This document shows positions 54,376 through 64,000 of a DNA stretch of 64,000 nucleotides, in pieces. The notes under the pieces are model-generated. The model was given only the letters and a program-made list of their open reading frames with translations, made no database searches and had not been told where the DNA came from. Made by a program: the position numbers and the translations under genes. The stretch is from an uncultured Prevotellaceae bacterium (GTDB lineage Bacteria; Bacteroidota; Bacteroidia; Bacteroidales; Bacteroidaceae), in contig ONMR01000002.1 in NCBI GenBank assembly GCA_900318995.1, positions 21,373 to 85,372 of the forward strand, written 5' to 3'. The stretch's first letter is position 1; every line of letters starts with the position of its first letter.

Positions 54376-55413
54376 ATGAAGCGCTCCGTCATACCTAATA
54401 TGCTGATCATCACGGCACTGATTCTGGTGCTGTTTCTGCTCAATGTAGCCCTGGGCTCAGTGAGCATCCCTACCCGTGCGGCATGGAACATACTTTGGGG
54501 CTCATCAGACCAGGATCCCATCTGGACCAATATCATTCTTAAATCAAGAGTTCCGCAAACTCTTGTGGCTATAGTGGCAGGCGCTGGTCTGGCCATCAGC
54601 GGTCTGCATATGCAGACTGTTTTCCGCAACCCTCTGGCAGGACCGTCGGTACTGGGTATCTGCTCAGGTGCCAGTCTGGGCGTTGCATTCGTAGTCCTGT
54701 TGTCGGGCAGCATAGGCGGCGTTGCACTGAGCCGTCTGGGATTTGCCGGTGACCTGGCTATGACGGTGGGCGCCATCGCGGGTGCCCTTGCCGTAATGGC
54801 ACTCATTGTTTATGTGTCACAGCGTGTAAAAGGCAACGTGACACTGCTTATCATAGGTGTTATGATAGGTTATGTGGCCAACGCCATAATAGGTGTACTC
54901 AAATACTTCAGCGTTGAGGAGGATATCCGCGCATATGTGGTGTGGGGTCTGGGCAGTTTCAGCCGCGTATCGGGCAATCAGATGACACTTTTTGTCACTA
55001 TGATGTGCATACTGCTGCCGCTCTCTTTCTTACTTACCAAGACTCTTAACCTGCTCCTGCTGGGCGATCAGTACGCCCGTAACCTGGGGCTTGACATAAA
55101 ACGCGCACGCCTGCTGGTAATCAGTTACTCGGGAATTCTGGTGGCTGTGGTTACCGCTTACTGCGGCCCCATCAACTTCCTGGGTCTGGCAGTTCCGCAT
55201 CTGTGCCGCGCCGTTTTCCGCACATCGGACCACCGCATACTCACTCCTGCCTGCGTACTTATGGGTGCACTATTTGCATTGGCCTGCAGTCTGATAGCCC
55301 GTATGCCGGGTATAGAGGGCGCACTGCCTGTCAACTCCGTAACCGCACTTGTGGGTGCACCCATAGTGATATCGGTCCTGTTCCGTCGTCGTAAAGAAGA
55401 TACTGCCGAATAA
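54376..55413 (+). CDS. FecCD-family ABC permease (BtuC-like)
   Basis: 345 aa with about 9-10 TM segments. 'VAIVAGAGLAISGLHMQTVFRNPLAGPSVLGI' is typical of the FecCD family. Confidence 0.9.
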   Translation: MKRSVIPNMLIITALILVLFLLNVALGSVSIPTRAAWNILWGSSDQDPIWTNIILKSRVPQTLVAIVAGAGLAISGLHMQTVFRNPLAGPSVLGICSGASLGVAFVVLLSGSIGGVALSRLGFAGDLAMTVGAIAGALAVMALIVYVSQRVKGNVTLLIIGVMIGYVANAIIGVLKYFSVEEDIRAYVVWGLGSFSRVSGNQMTLFVTMMCILLPLSFLLTKTLNLLLLGDQYARNLGLDIKRARLLVISYSGILVAVVTAYCGPINFLGLAVPHLCRAVFRTSDHRILTPACVLMGALFALACSLIARMPGIEGALPVNSVTALVGAPIVISVLFRRRKEDTAE

Positions 55414-55414
55414 T

Positions 55415-56215
55415 ATGAAACAGCCCACCATTCAGATAGAGTCCCTGAGCACGGGATACCGTGGCAAGAACAACGTGACTGTTGTTGCCCGTGACATCAA
55501 CGCTACCATACACGGAGGTGAACTTACATGCCTGCTTGGCCCCAACGGTGCCGGTAAATCTACCCTTTTGCGTACCCTGTCGGCGTTCCTGCCGCCTGTT
55601 GAGGGCACAATCACCATAATGGGCCGCAACCTCAAGGACTACTCTGACAAGGAGTTGGCAAAGACTATCGGCGTGGTTTTGACTGAGAAGACTGATCTGC
55701 GCAACATGACCGTTGAGGACCTTATAGGTCTGGGCCGAAGCCCTTACACAGGGTTCTGGGGCACACTGCATGAGGATGACCGCCGCGTAGTGGCCCAGGC
55801 TATAGAGATGGTGGGAATTGAGCCTCTGAAAGACCGAATGATACAGACCCTGAGCGACGGCGAGCGTCAGAAGGTCATGATTGCCAAGGCTCTGGCCCAG
55901 CAGACTCCGGTGATATTCCTTGACGAGCCCACCGCATTCCTGGATTTCCCCAGCAAGGTGGAGATAATGCAGTTGCTGCATACTCTGTCGCGCACCACGG
56001 GCAAGACAATATTCCTCTCTACCCATGACCTTGAACTGGCTCTACAGATTGCCGATACCATCTGGCTCATGGACAAGGAGAAAGGGGTTATGATAGGCAC
56101 TCCTCAGCAGTTGGCCGGCAACGGGTCGCTCAACGATTTCTTCTCACAGAGAGGAATTGAATTCAACATACATGATGTGGACGGTTCGCTCTGCATAATA
56201 CCCAAACTGAAATGA
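55415..56215 (+). CDS. ABC transporter ATP-binding protein (BtuD/FepC-like)
   Basis: 'GPNGAGKST', 'LSDGERQK' and 'IFLDEPTAFLD'. Confidence 0.9.
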   Translation: MKQPTIQIESLSTGYRGKNNVTVVARDINATIHGGELTCLLGPNGAGKSTLLRTLSAFLPPVEGTITIMGRNLKDYSDKELAKTIGVVLTEKTDLRNMTVEDLIGLGRSPYTGFWGTLHEDDRRVVAQAIEMVGIEPLKDRMIQTLSDGERQKVMIAKALAQQTPVIFLDEPTAFLDFPSKVEIMQLLHTLSRTTGKTIFLSTHDLELALQIADTIWLMDKEKGVMIGTPQQLAGNGSLNDFFSQRGIEFNIHDVDGSLCIIPKLK

Positions 56216-57615
56216 ACGGAAAGATATATGTAGCCGGTATCGGTCCCGGATGTGAGGCCGATGTCACTCCCGCCGTTGCCCAGGCTCTGCGTGAGAGCGA
56301 TGTCATAGTGGGCTACAAATACTACTTCAGGTTTGTGGAGCAGTATCTCAGCCCCGCAGCGGAATGTGTCGATACCGGAATGAAACGCGAGCGTGACCGC
56401 GCCCGCCAGGCCTTTGAACTTGCGGAGCAGGGCAAGACTGTTTGCGTGATAAGTTCCGGTGACTCAGGTATCTACGGTATGGCTCCGCTTATCTGGGAGA
56501 TGCGTCGTGAGCGTGGCAGTGAGATAGAGATTCAGGTATTGCCGGGTATCAGCGCTTTCCAGAAAGCGGCCTCATTGCTGGGGGCGCCAATAGGCCATGA
56601 TTTCTGCGTCATTTCACTGTCGGACCTTATGACTCCCTGGGAACTTATTGAAAAGCGCATAATTGCCGCCGCCCAGGCCGATTTCGTGACCGCCATATAC
56701 AACCCAAAAAGCAACGAACGCTACTGGCAGTTATACCGCCTGAAGGAACTTTTCCTCAAGGAGCGTTCGTTTGATACGCCCGTAGGTTACGTGCGCCAGG
56801 CTGGTCGTGACGAGGAGGCAGTGACCGTTACCACTCTGGCCGGTTTTGATCCGGAGCAGGTGGATATGTTCACGGTCGTTATTATAGGCAACAGTCAGTC
56901 CTACAACTGGAACGGTGTCATGATTACCCCGCGCGGGTATTACAGGGATCAGGCAAATGACGGTGTGGGCATCGGCCAGGAGATTATGATAAAGAGTTTC
57001 CGCACCATTGAGAGCCTGCTCAAGCATCAGGATTGGCCGCTGGGACACAAATGGGCGCTGCTTCATGCCATACATACCACTGCCGATTTTGAGATGGAGG
57101 ATATTCTATACTCTGATCCAGATGCGGTTGAGACGCTTTACCGTAAGTTCCGTGACGGCTCCTTGAAGACTATTGTGACCGATGTGACCATGGCTGCATC
57201 GGGCATACGTAAAGGCGCACTGGAGCGTCTGGGAGTGGAGGTCAAGTGTTATCTGACCGATGAACGCACAGCTGTTCTTGCCAAGGAGAAGGAGATTACA
57301 CGCACGCAGGCAGGCATACGTCTGGCTGTAGAAGAGCACCCCGATGCGCTGTTTGTGTTCGGCAATGCGCCCACCGCGCTGATGGAACTCTGCGAGCTTA
57401 TCCGCAAGGGCAAGGCTACGCCCGCAGGTGTCATTGCCGCACCCGTGGGCTTTGTGCATGTGCGTGAGAGCAAATACATGGTAAAGCCGTTTACGGGCAT
57501 ACCCAAACTGATTGTCGAGGGCCGCAAGGGAGGCAGCAATCTGGCCGCAACCCTTACCAATGCCATCCTTACCTTTGATGATGCCGCCCAACTAAAACCC
57601 GGCCGCGATGTTTAA
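56212..57615 (+). CDS. cbiHC: Fusion: cobalt-precorrin-3B C17-methyltransferase (CbiH) + cobalt-precorrin-8 methylmutase (CbiC)
   Basis: The N-terminus 'IYVAGIGPG...VIVGYKYY' is CbiH/CobJ-like. The C-terminus 'IHTTADFE', 'FVFGNAPTAL' and 'GRKGGSNLAA' is CbiC/CobH-like. Confidence 0.85.
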   Translation: MNGKIYVAGIGPGCEADVTPAVAQALRESDVIVGYKYYFRFVEQYLSPAAECVDTGMKRERDRARQAFELAEQGKTVCVISSGDSGIYGMAPLIWEMRRERGSEIEIQVLPGISAFQKAASLLGAPIGHDFCVISLSDLMTPWELIEKRIIAAAQADFVTAIYNPKSNERYWQLYRLKELFLKERSFDTPVGYVRQAGRDEEAVTVTTLAGFDPEQVDMFTVVIIGNSQSYNWNGVMITPRGYYRDQANDGVGIGQEIMIKSFRTIESLLKHQDWPLGHKWALLHAIHTTADFEMEDILYSDPDAVETLYRKFRDGSLKTIVTDVTMAASGIRKGALERLGVEVKCYLTDERTAVLAKEKEITRTQAGIRLAVEEHPDALFVFGNAPTALMELCELIRKGKATPAGVIAAPVGFVHVRESKYMVKPFTGIPKLIVEGRKGGSNLAATLTNAILTFDDAAQLKPGRDV

Positions 57616-58783
57616 GGTGATAGGAATCAGTGACAATCCGGAGCAGGAGCTTACTGCTGCGGCTCAGGAGGCTATTGCACGGGGAAAGGTGTTCTCCGGA
57701 GGCAAGCGTCACTACGAGTTGATGAAGAGCCGTCTGCCGCAGGGGGCGCAGTGGATTGAGATAACCGTTCCTTTGGCCGATGTCTTTAAGCAGTACAAGG
57801 GATATCCGGAGATAGTGGTGTTTGCATCGGGCGATCCTCTATTCTACGGATTTGCGGCAACCATCCGGCGGGAATTCCCGGACGCCGGGATAGAGGTCTA
57901 TCCCACTTTCAACTCACTTCAGATGCTGGCTCACCGTATGCTGCTGCCATATCAGGATATGCATGCGGTATCACTCACCGGCCGCCCGTGGAAAGATTTC
58001 CAGGATGCGCTGATAAGACAGGAAAAACTGATAGGAGTCCTGACCGACCGCACCCGCACGCCACGCGCCATAGCATCCATGATGCAGGAGTACGGCTATG
58101 ACAACTACAGCATAACAATAGGCGAATGCATGGGCAATCCCAATCATGAAAAGGTTACCACAATGACCGTTGCCCAGGCTATGTTCTATGAGGCCGATTT
58201 CCCCAATTGCATGATACTGCAGATGACAGAGCAGCGGGGCCGTCTGTTCGGTATCCCCGAAGAGCGTTTCGATCTTCTGGACGGCCGCGTCAACATGATA
58301 ACCAAGATGCCCATACGTCTTGCCACCCTTGCTGCACTCGAGTTGGGACGGCATAAGTCATTCTGGGACATAGGATTCTGCACTGGTTCGGTATCAATCG
58401 AGGCCAGGTTGCAGTTCCCGCATCTGGTAATCACCGCTTTTGAGAAACGTCCACAGGGCAAGGAGTTGTTGGACAGCAACAGCCGTCGGTTCGGAGCCCC
58501 CGGAATAAACGGCGTGATATGTGATTTCACGGATGCCGATACCAACCTCTACCCAGCCCCTGACGCCGTATTCATAGGCGGCCACGGAGGGCAGATAAAA
58601 GAGATGCTCAAGACTATAAATAACGTGCTGTTGCCGGGCGGCGTGATTGTATTCAATTCTGTGTCCGATGAGAGCGCGGCAGCGTTCCGTCAGGGTATAG
58701 AGAGTATCGGCCGACGTATAACCGGCTGCACCCGTATGGCGGTCGATGAGCATAACCCAATCCTTATAATGAAAGCGGAATGA
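57608..58783 (+). CDS. cbiET: Fusion: cobalt-precorrin-7 C5-methyltransferase (CbiE) + cobalt-precorrin-6B C15-methyltransferase, decarboxylating (CbiT)
   Basis: The N-terminal tetrapyrrole methylase reads 'VVFASGDPLFYG'. The C-terminal SAM-methyltransferase reads 'ITKMPIRLATLAALEL...WDIGFCTGSVSIEA'. Confidence 0.85.
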   Translation: MFKVIGISDNPEQELTAAAQEAIARGKVFSGGKRHYELMKSRLPQGAQWIEITVPLADVFKQYKGYPEIVVFASGDPLFYGFAATIRREFPDAGIEVYPTFNSLQMLAHRMLLPYQDMHAVSLTGRPWKDFQDALIRQEKLIGVLTDRTRTPRAIASMMQEYGYDNYSITIGECMGNPNHEKVTTMTVAQAMFYEADFPNCMILQMTEQRGRLFGIPEERFDLLDGRVNMITKMPIRLATLAALELGRHKSFWDIGFCTGSVSIEARLQFPHLVITAFEKRPQGKELLDSNSRRFGAPGINGVICDFTDADTNLYPAPDAVFIGGHGGQIKEMLKTINNVLLPGGVIVFNSVSDESAAAFRQGIESIGRRITGCTRMAVDEHNPILIMKAE

Positions 58784-60588
58784 GAGCGATAGTATTGGTT
58801 TCAGAGAGTTCCATCGGACTTGCCCATAAGATAAGTCAGGCAATTGATGCTGTCATATACAGCCAGAAAGAGCTGGACGGTTGCACTGTCATAAAAACAT
58901 ATGCCCGGTTCATTAAGGAGAATTGGAGCAGTCTGGAGCAGATTGTCTTTATAGGCGCTATGGGTATTTGCGTCCGAAGCATCGCCCCTTGCGTAAAGGA
59001 CAAGTACAAGGATCCGGCGGTAGTCTGTGTGGACAGCACCGGGCGATTTGTAATCCCGGTTTTGTCAGGGCACATAGGCGGAGCCAACGATTTGGCCAGG
59101 CAGATTGCTCAAGTCATTGACGGTCAAGCCGTTGTTACAACTCAGAGTGACAACACAGGCCTCTGGGCGCTCGATACACTGGCCGCCAGGTTCGGCTGGA
59201 AAACTGATTTGAGCCGCGCCAGGATGAACCGGGCCATTGCCCTGTTTGTTGAAAGACATCCTGTCGCCCTGCTGCTTGAGGTCCGTGATAACGGCACCGA
59301 TTATCTTGAGAGCACTCTGCCAGAGCACGTCAAGGTCTTCAGTAAGTATGACGATATAGACTTGAGTCAGTTTGAACTGCTCATAACCGTTGGACCGCAT
59401 ATATTTGATGCCCCGATACCGGTGCTCAGCTACTATCCGCAGGTGCTGCACATCGGTTTTGGCTGCCGCCGGCAGTGCAGGCCCGACGGCATTGCGGAGC
59501 ATATTGAGAACTGCCTTAAGGAGAACGGCCTTTCACCGCTGGCCATAGCAAGCATCGGAACTATCGAACTCAAAAAGGATGAGCCGCTTTTGGCTGACTT
59601 GCAGAGCCGATGGTCTTGGGCTGGGACACAAATCTGGACGGCATCTGACCTGGAGGGTATTGATGTGCCTAACCCATCGGAGAAGGCATTTGAGGTAACC
59701 GGCGTCTATGGAGTGGCCGAAGGTGCCGCCTTGCGCTCCGGTAACGATGGTGTCCTGCTCATTGAAAAGCAGAAAGGCCAGCTGTCAGAGGGCAATGACT
59801 TTACCTTTGCAGTAGCAATGGACGGCCTCAAAATGCGCGGCGGATTCATTGAGATTGTAGGCGCCGGTCCGGGTGACCCGGAACTTGTATCAGTCCGCGG
59901 CAAACGCATGCTGGAACGTGCCGACCTTATTCTTTATGCAGGCAGTCTGGTGCCCAAGGAACTCACTTATTACGCCAAGCCCGGCGCGGTGGTACGTTCA
60001 TCGGCCGATATGGATCTGGAACAGCAGTTTGCCCTGATGAAGGATTTCTATGACCGCGGACTCTTTGTGGTGCGCCTTCACACCGGTGATCCATGCATTT
60101 ACGGAGCAATCCAGGAGCAGATGGCGTTCTTTGACAAATACGGGATGCGCTACCACATCACTCCCGGAATATCATCGTTCCAGGCAGCCGCAGCGGCACT
60201 ACGTTCACAGTTTACCATCCCCGAGAAGGTGCAGAGCATAATCCTGACCCGCGGAGGTGGCCGCACGCCCATGCCTGAGAAGGAGCAACTGCACAAACTG
60301 GCCCAGTCACAAAGCACCATGTGCATCTATCTGAGTGCAGCCATAGTGGAGCAGGTTCAGGAGGAACTCCTGCAGGCATATCCGCCCCAGACCCCGGTGG
60401 CCGCCTGCTACAAGCTGACCTGGAAAGAGGAAAAGATATACCGCGGCCAGCTTAAGGACCTGGCCCGCATAGTGCGTGACAACAACCTGACTCTGACAAC
60501 CCTGCTCGTGGTGGGCGACGCCATCGACAACCGTCAGGGTCTGTCCCGCCTCTATGCCCACGAATTCAAACACCTGTACCGCAAATGA
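58780..60588 (+). CDS. cbiGF: Fusion: cobalt-precorrin-5A hydrolase (CbiG) + cobalt-precorrin-4 C11-methyltransferase (CbiF)
   Basis: The N-terminal CbiG-like region reads 'FIGAMGICVRSIAP' and 'VIPVLSGHIGGAN'. The C-terminal region reads 'IEIVGAGPGDPELVSVRG...LILYAGSLV...RLHTGDPCIYGA'. Confidence 0.85.
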   Translation: MRAIVLVSESSIGLAHKISQAIDAVIYSQKELDGCTVIKTYARFIKENWSSLEQIVFIGAMGICVRSIAPCVKDKYKDPAVVCVDSTGRFVIPVLSGHIGGANDLARQIAQVIDGQAVVTTQSDNTGLWALDTLAARFGWKTDLSRARMNRAIALFVERHPVALLLEVRDNGTDYLESTLPEHVKVFSKYDDIDLSQFELLITVGPHIFDAPIPVLSYYPQVLHIGFGCRRQCRPDGIAEHIENCLKENGLSPLAIASIGTIELKKDEPLLADLQSRWSWAGTQIWTASDLEGIDVPNPSEKAFEVTGVYGVAEGAALRSGNDGVLLIEKQKGQLSEGNDFTFAVAMDGLKMRGGFIEIVGAGPGDPELVSVRGKRMLERADLILYAGSLVPKELTYYAKPGAVVRSSADMDLEQQFALMKDFYDRGLFVVRLHTGDPCIYGAIQEQMAFFDKYGMRYHITPGISSFQAAAAALRSQFTIPEKVQSIILTRGGGRTPMPEKEQLHKLAQSQSTMCIYLSAAIVEQVQEELLQAYPPQTPVAACYKLTWKEEKIYRGQLKDLARIVRDNNLTLTTLLVVGDAIDNRQGLSRLYAHEFKHLYRK

Positions 60589-62366
60589 TTCTCATCCTGG
60601 GAGGAACCACAGAAGGCCGCATGGCTGTAAAGGTGGCCGATGAAGCCGGTCGCCGCTTCTGGTATTCCACCCGTGGCGATCTGCAGCAGGTTGAGAGCCA
60701 TAACGGCGTGCACGTGACCGGAGCGATGGATGCCGATGCCATGACCGCGTTCTGCCGCGAGCATGAGATAAAGCTGATAGTTGATGCAGCCCACCCCTTT
60801 GCAGTACGCCTTCACAATACCGTCAGCGAGGTAAGCCAGACGCTTTCCATACCTGTGGTCCGATACGAACGCACATACCCCGATCATACCGATGATATAA
60901 TCTGGTGCAAGGATTATGACGATGCAATCAGTCGTCTGGAGCAGGCGGGAGCCGATAACCTACTGGCGCTTACAGGTGTTCAGACAATCCCCGCCCTTAA
61001 GGATTATTGGTCAAAACACAAATGCATATTCCGTGTCCTGGACCGGGAGGAGTCTGTAGAGCTTGCCCGTAAGGCCGGTTTCAATACAGACAATCTGGTC
61101 TTTTACGGAGACAAGTCTGATCTGGAGATAATGCAAGAGGTCAATCCCCAGGCAGTGATCACAAAGGAGAGCGGTCTGAGCGGCGGATTTATGGAGAAGG
61201 CCGATGCCGCCCGCCAGATGTGCATCCCGCTGTATGCCGTATGCCGTCCGCAACTGCCCGAAGGTTTCATCACCGTTACCGGACAGCACGGACTGCGCAA
61301 GGAGATTGAGCGTCTGGTACCCGGATTCTTTGAACTGCGTACCGGATTCACCACAGGAGCATGCGCCACTGCTGCGGCAAAGGCAGCCCTTACCGCCCTT
61401 CTAAGCGGTGAGGAACAGACACGGGTCCCATTCAGCATCCCCAACGGTGAGGTATTCACCCTTCCGGTACAGGACTGCCTGATATATAAGGACTGGGCGC
61501 AGGCATCGGTCATAAAGGATGCCGGCGATGACCCTGACGTCACAAACGGATGCACGGTCCGGGTAAAGGTTGCCCTGAGCAGTCAACCCGGAATTCATTT
61601 CCTTCAGGGTGAAGGCGTGGGACGTATCACACTGCCGGGCATCGGTCTTGAAGTTGGCGAACCTGCAGTCAATCCCGTACCCCGCAAGATGATTGTTCAG
61701 GAACTGTCGGCACTGTATGAAGGCGGATTGGACGTAACGGTATCGGTACCCGGCGGCGCCGAACTGGCGCAGAAAACATTCAATCCCAAACTCGGGATAG
61801 TTGACGGAATATCAATAATAGGCACATTGGGTGTTGTACGCCCGTTCTCGGATCAAGCATTCGTGGAGGCAATCCGCCGTGAGGTTGAGGTGGCAAAAGC
61901 CATAGGCGCACCGCGTCTGGTGATAAACTCCGGTGCACGCAGCGAGCGTTTTGTAAAGGCGCTCTATCCCGATCTGCCCGCCCAGGCATTCGTACATTAC
62001 GGCAATTACATTGGTGAGACCATAAGCATTGCCCGGGAACTGGGATTCAGTGAGGTTACAATGGGTCTTATGATAGGCAAGGCCGTGAAACTGGCTGCCG
62101 GCATGCTGGATACCCACAGCCGTGAGGGCGTGATGGACAAGAAGTTCATACGCTGGATGGCCCGACAGTCTGGTTGTCCTTGGCGTGTCCGCCGTGCCAT
62201 CGGTCGCATAACTCTGGCGCGTGAACTCTGGACAATCATCCCCGAAAAGTATCTGGAGTCATTCTGCGCCACAGTAATCCGCTACTGTCACAGCCATTGT
62301 GATGCCCTGCTTGCACCGGGTACCCTCACAGTACTCCTTATCAGCGAAGAAGGTAAAATATATTGA
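60585..62366 (+). CDS. cbiJD: Fusion: cobalt-precorrin-6A reductase (CbiJ) + cobalt-precorrin-5B C1-methyltransferase (CbiD)
   Basis: The N-terminus 'MILILGGTTEGR' is CbiJ/CobK-like. The CbiD part starts at 'LRTGFTTGACATAAAKAA'. Confidence 0.85.
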   Translation: MILILGGTTEGRMAVKVADEAGRRFWYSTRGDLQQVESHNGVHVTGAMDADAMTAFCREHEIKLIVDAAHPFAVRLHNTVSEVSQTLSIPVVRYERTYPDHTDDIIWCKDYDDAISRLEQAGADNLLALTGVQTIPALKDYWSKHKCIFRVLDREESVELARKAGFNTDNLVFYGDKSDLEIMQEVNPQAVITKESGLSGGFMEKADAARQMCIPLYAVCRPQLPEGFITVTGQHGLRKEIERLVPGFFELRTGFTTGACATAAAKAALTALLSGEEQTRVPFSIPNGEVFTLPVQDCLIYKDWAQASVIKDAGDDPDVTNGCTVRVKVALSSQPGIHFLQGEGVGRITLPGIGLEVGEPAVNPVPRKMIVQELSALYEGGLDVTVSVPGGAELAQKTFNPKLGIVDGISIIGTLGVVRPFSDQAFVEAIRREVEVAKAIGAPRLVINSGARSERFVKALYPDLPAQAFVHYGNYIGETISIARELGFSEVTMGLMIGKAVKLAAGMLDTHSREGVMDKKFIRWMARQSGCPWRVRRAIGRITLARELWTIIPEKYLESFCATVIRYCHSHCDALLAPGTLTVLLISEEGKIY

Positions 62367-62899
62367 TAATGAACAAGATAATACTCATAACAGGAGGAGA
62401 GAGGTCAGGCAAGAGCAGTTTTGCCGAGCAGACTGCGCTTTCGCTGTCCCCCAACCCTGTCTATATGGCCACCGCCCATGTATGGGACGATGAGTTCCGC
62501 GAGCGTGTACGCCAGCATCAGTTGCGCCGCGGTCCGGAGTGGACAAACATTGAGGAGGAACTCAGTCTGAGCCGATATGATATCCAAGGCCGCGTTGTAT
62601 TGATTGACTGCGTTACACTGTGGTGCACAAACTTCTTCTACCGCGACCAACAAAAAGCGGAGCAGGAACCCGCATGGGTGAATGAGTGTCTGGATGACAT
62701 CAAAAAAGAGTTTGACCTGTTCACCGCCCAGGATGCCACATTCATATTCGTAACCAATGAGATAGGCATGGGAGGCGTATCGGCCAACACCCTGCAGCGA
62801 CGTTTTACCGACCTTCAGGGTTGGGTAAACCAGTATATTGCCTCAAAGGCCCATGAAGTCACGCTGATGGTCAGCGGCATACCCGTAAAAATCAAATGA
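62363..62899 (+). CDS. cobU: Adenosylcobinamide kinase / adenosylcobinamide-phosphate guanylyltransferase
   Basis: '[16 protein letters not shown]' P-loop, 178 aa. Confidence 0.9.
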   Translation: MIMNKIILITGGERSGKSSFAEQTALSLSPNPVYMATAHVWDDEFRERVRQHQLRRGPEWTNIEEELSLSRYDIQGRVVLIDCVTLWCTNFFYRDQQKAEQEPAWVNECLDDIKKEFDLFTAQDATFIFVTNEIGMGGVSANTLQRRFTDLQGWVNQYIASKAHEVTLMVSGIPVKIK

Positions 62900-63939
62900 T
62901 CATGATAGATAATCTCAACGACCCTGAATTCCAGTCACAGGTACAGGACAAGATAGACAATCTGACCAAGCCAAAAGGCTCTCTGGGATACCTGGAGACG
63001 CTGGCCGGCCAGATCTGCATGATACAGCATACCCTCTCGCCCACCCTTAAGAATCCCTGCAACATATTGTTTGCCGCAGACCACGGAATCCTGGCACAGG
63101 GTGTGAGCGTTTCGCCCAAGGAGGTTACCTGGCAGCAGTCATACCATTTCCTGGAGGGCGGCGCAGGCATCAGTTTCCTTTGCCGTCAGCACGGATTCCG
63201 CCTGATGGTGGTTGATGCGGGCATTGACCATGACATGGACTACAGCAGCGGCATTGTCAACATGAAGGTTCGCAAAGGCACACGTGATTTCTCCGTCCAG
63301 GCTGCCATGACCCCCGATGAATTCAATCTCTGCCTGCAACGGGGTGCAGAATGCGTCAACCGCGTTCATGCCGACGGCTGCAATGTAATCAGCTTTGGTG
63401 AGATGGGATGCGGAAACACATCGGCCTCATCAATATGGATGTCACTGCTGGCCGGCATTCCTCTGGCTCAGTGCATCGGTGCCGGCGCGGGGCTGGACAG
63501 CAAGGGTGTAAGCCACAAACTTGAGGTGCTTACCGCAGCCGTCCAGAAATTCAAAGCCGGCAATAAGGCTCACAGTATCAAAGATATACTCTGCTACTTT
63601 GGAGGCCTTGAGATGACAATGGCCGTGGGTGCAATGCTGCGTGCCGCAGAACTACGCATGGTTATTCTGGTGGACGGTTTCATCATGACCAACTGCATGC
63701 TGGCCGCATCAAAACTGGATCCCAATGTGCTCCAGTATGCGGTATTCGGCCATCAGGGCGATGAGAGCGGGCATAAGATGCTGCTTGAATACCTGCACGC
63801 CAAACCCCTGCTCAACCTGGGTCTCCGCTTGGGCGAAGGCAGCGGAGCGGTTTGCGCATATCCGATAGTGGAATCGGCCGTAAGAATGATCAATGAGATG
63901 GATTCCTTCAGGAAGGCATCCATAACCAAATACTTTTAA
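62896..63939 (+). CDS. cobT: Nicotinate-nucleotide--dimethylbenzimidazole phosphoribosyltransferase
   Basis: '[10 protein letters not shown]', '[13 protein letters not shown]' and 'LRLGEGSGA'. Confidence 0.9.
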   Translation: MIMIDNLNDPEFQSQVQDKIDNLTKPKGSLGYLETLAGQICMIQHTLSPTLKNPCNILFAADHGILAQGVSVSPKEVTWQQSYHFLEGGAGISFLCRQHGFRLMVVDAGIDHDMDYSSGIVNMKVRKGTRDFSVQAAMTPDEFNLCLQRGAECVNRVHADGCNVISFGEMGCGNTSASSIWMSLLAGIPLAQCIGAGAGLDSKGVSHKLEVLTAAVQKFKAGNKAHSIKDILCYFGGLEMTMAVGAMLRAAELRMVILVDGFIMTNCMLAASKLDPNVLQYAVFGHQGDESGHKMLLEYLHAKPLLNLGLRLGEGSGAVCAYPIVESAVRMINEMDSFRKASITKYF

Positions 63940-63942
63940 GAA

Positions 63943-64000
63943 ATGAACAACTTCCTTGCAGCACTGATGTTCTTTACACGCCTACCGTTCCACAGGATCA
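63943..64000 (+). CDS. cobS: Adenosylcobinamide-GDP ribazoletransferase (cobalamin synthase), N-terminal fragment cut by the window edge
   Basis: The translation 'MNNFLAALMFFTRLPFHRI' matches the CobS N-terminal 'F(L)TRLP' pattern. Its position after cobT also fits. Confidence 0.7.
   Translation, partial: MNNFLAALMFFTRLPFHRI

Noticed and set aside
1-64000. CRISPR arrays, tRNA/rRNA genes, transposases/integrases, prophage, toxin-antitoxin pairs and reverse transcriptases
   Set aside because: I scanned the intergenic regions and the ORF translations. I found no repeat-spacer periodicity, no cloverleaf-like sequences, and no recombinase, RT or TA-like motifs.

Overview
This is a 64-kb chromosomal segment that looks like a Bacteroidales genome. 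About 12 intergenic matches to the Bacteroides -7 promoter consensus TAnnTTTG support that call, as do many lipoprotein/TonB-dependent receptor genes and roughly 50% GC. I found no rRNA, tRNA, CRISPR array, integrase or transposase.

Left to right, the window holds:
- a truncated cobalamin riboswitch at the left edge (- strand)
- a co-directional - strand block: GNAT-like, DUF2156, split chrA pair, purL
- an unannotated ~190-nt rod-shaped structured RNA (6S-like)
- a one-gene AT-rich islet
- DnaQ-like exonuclease, Rrf2 regulator, TonB-dependent receptor plus DUF4249, uvrA, yihY-like gene
- hsp20 with a candidate RNA thermometer
- nifJ and an AAA ATPase
- an operon of a receiver-fused PEP-synthase-type ATP-grasp protein, cstA and a kinase-like gene
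- gdhA
- a 1301-aa low-GC secreted MG-domain protein
- epimerase, a rubredoxin missing from the ORF track, asparaginase, a chorismatase-like protein, pepC
- recJ-recQ-DAHP synthase/chorismate mutase-SGNH esterase, a NatAB-like ABC exporter, a CPA2 antiporter
- from 47.4 kb to the right edge, a complete cobalamin riboswitch followed by more than 16 kb of same-strand genes: two TonB-dependent receptors, an exported CbiK-like lipoprotein, BtuFCD-like importer, four bifunctional cbi fusion genes, cobU, cobT and partial cobS

The observations most worth follow-up are the REC/ATP-grasp-CstA-kinase-like operon, the 6S-like RNA next to the AT-rich islet, the exported chelatase-like lipoprotein in the B12 locus, the SD-sequestering helix ahead of hsp20, and a family of GGGG-N5-CCCC palindromic elements that includes a 31-bp perfect inverted repeat.

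All functional calls come from reading motifs in the translations. No database search was run. RNA ends and promoter calls are approximate.
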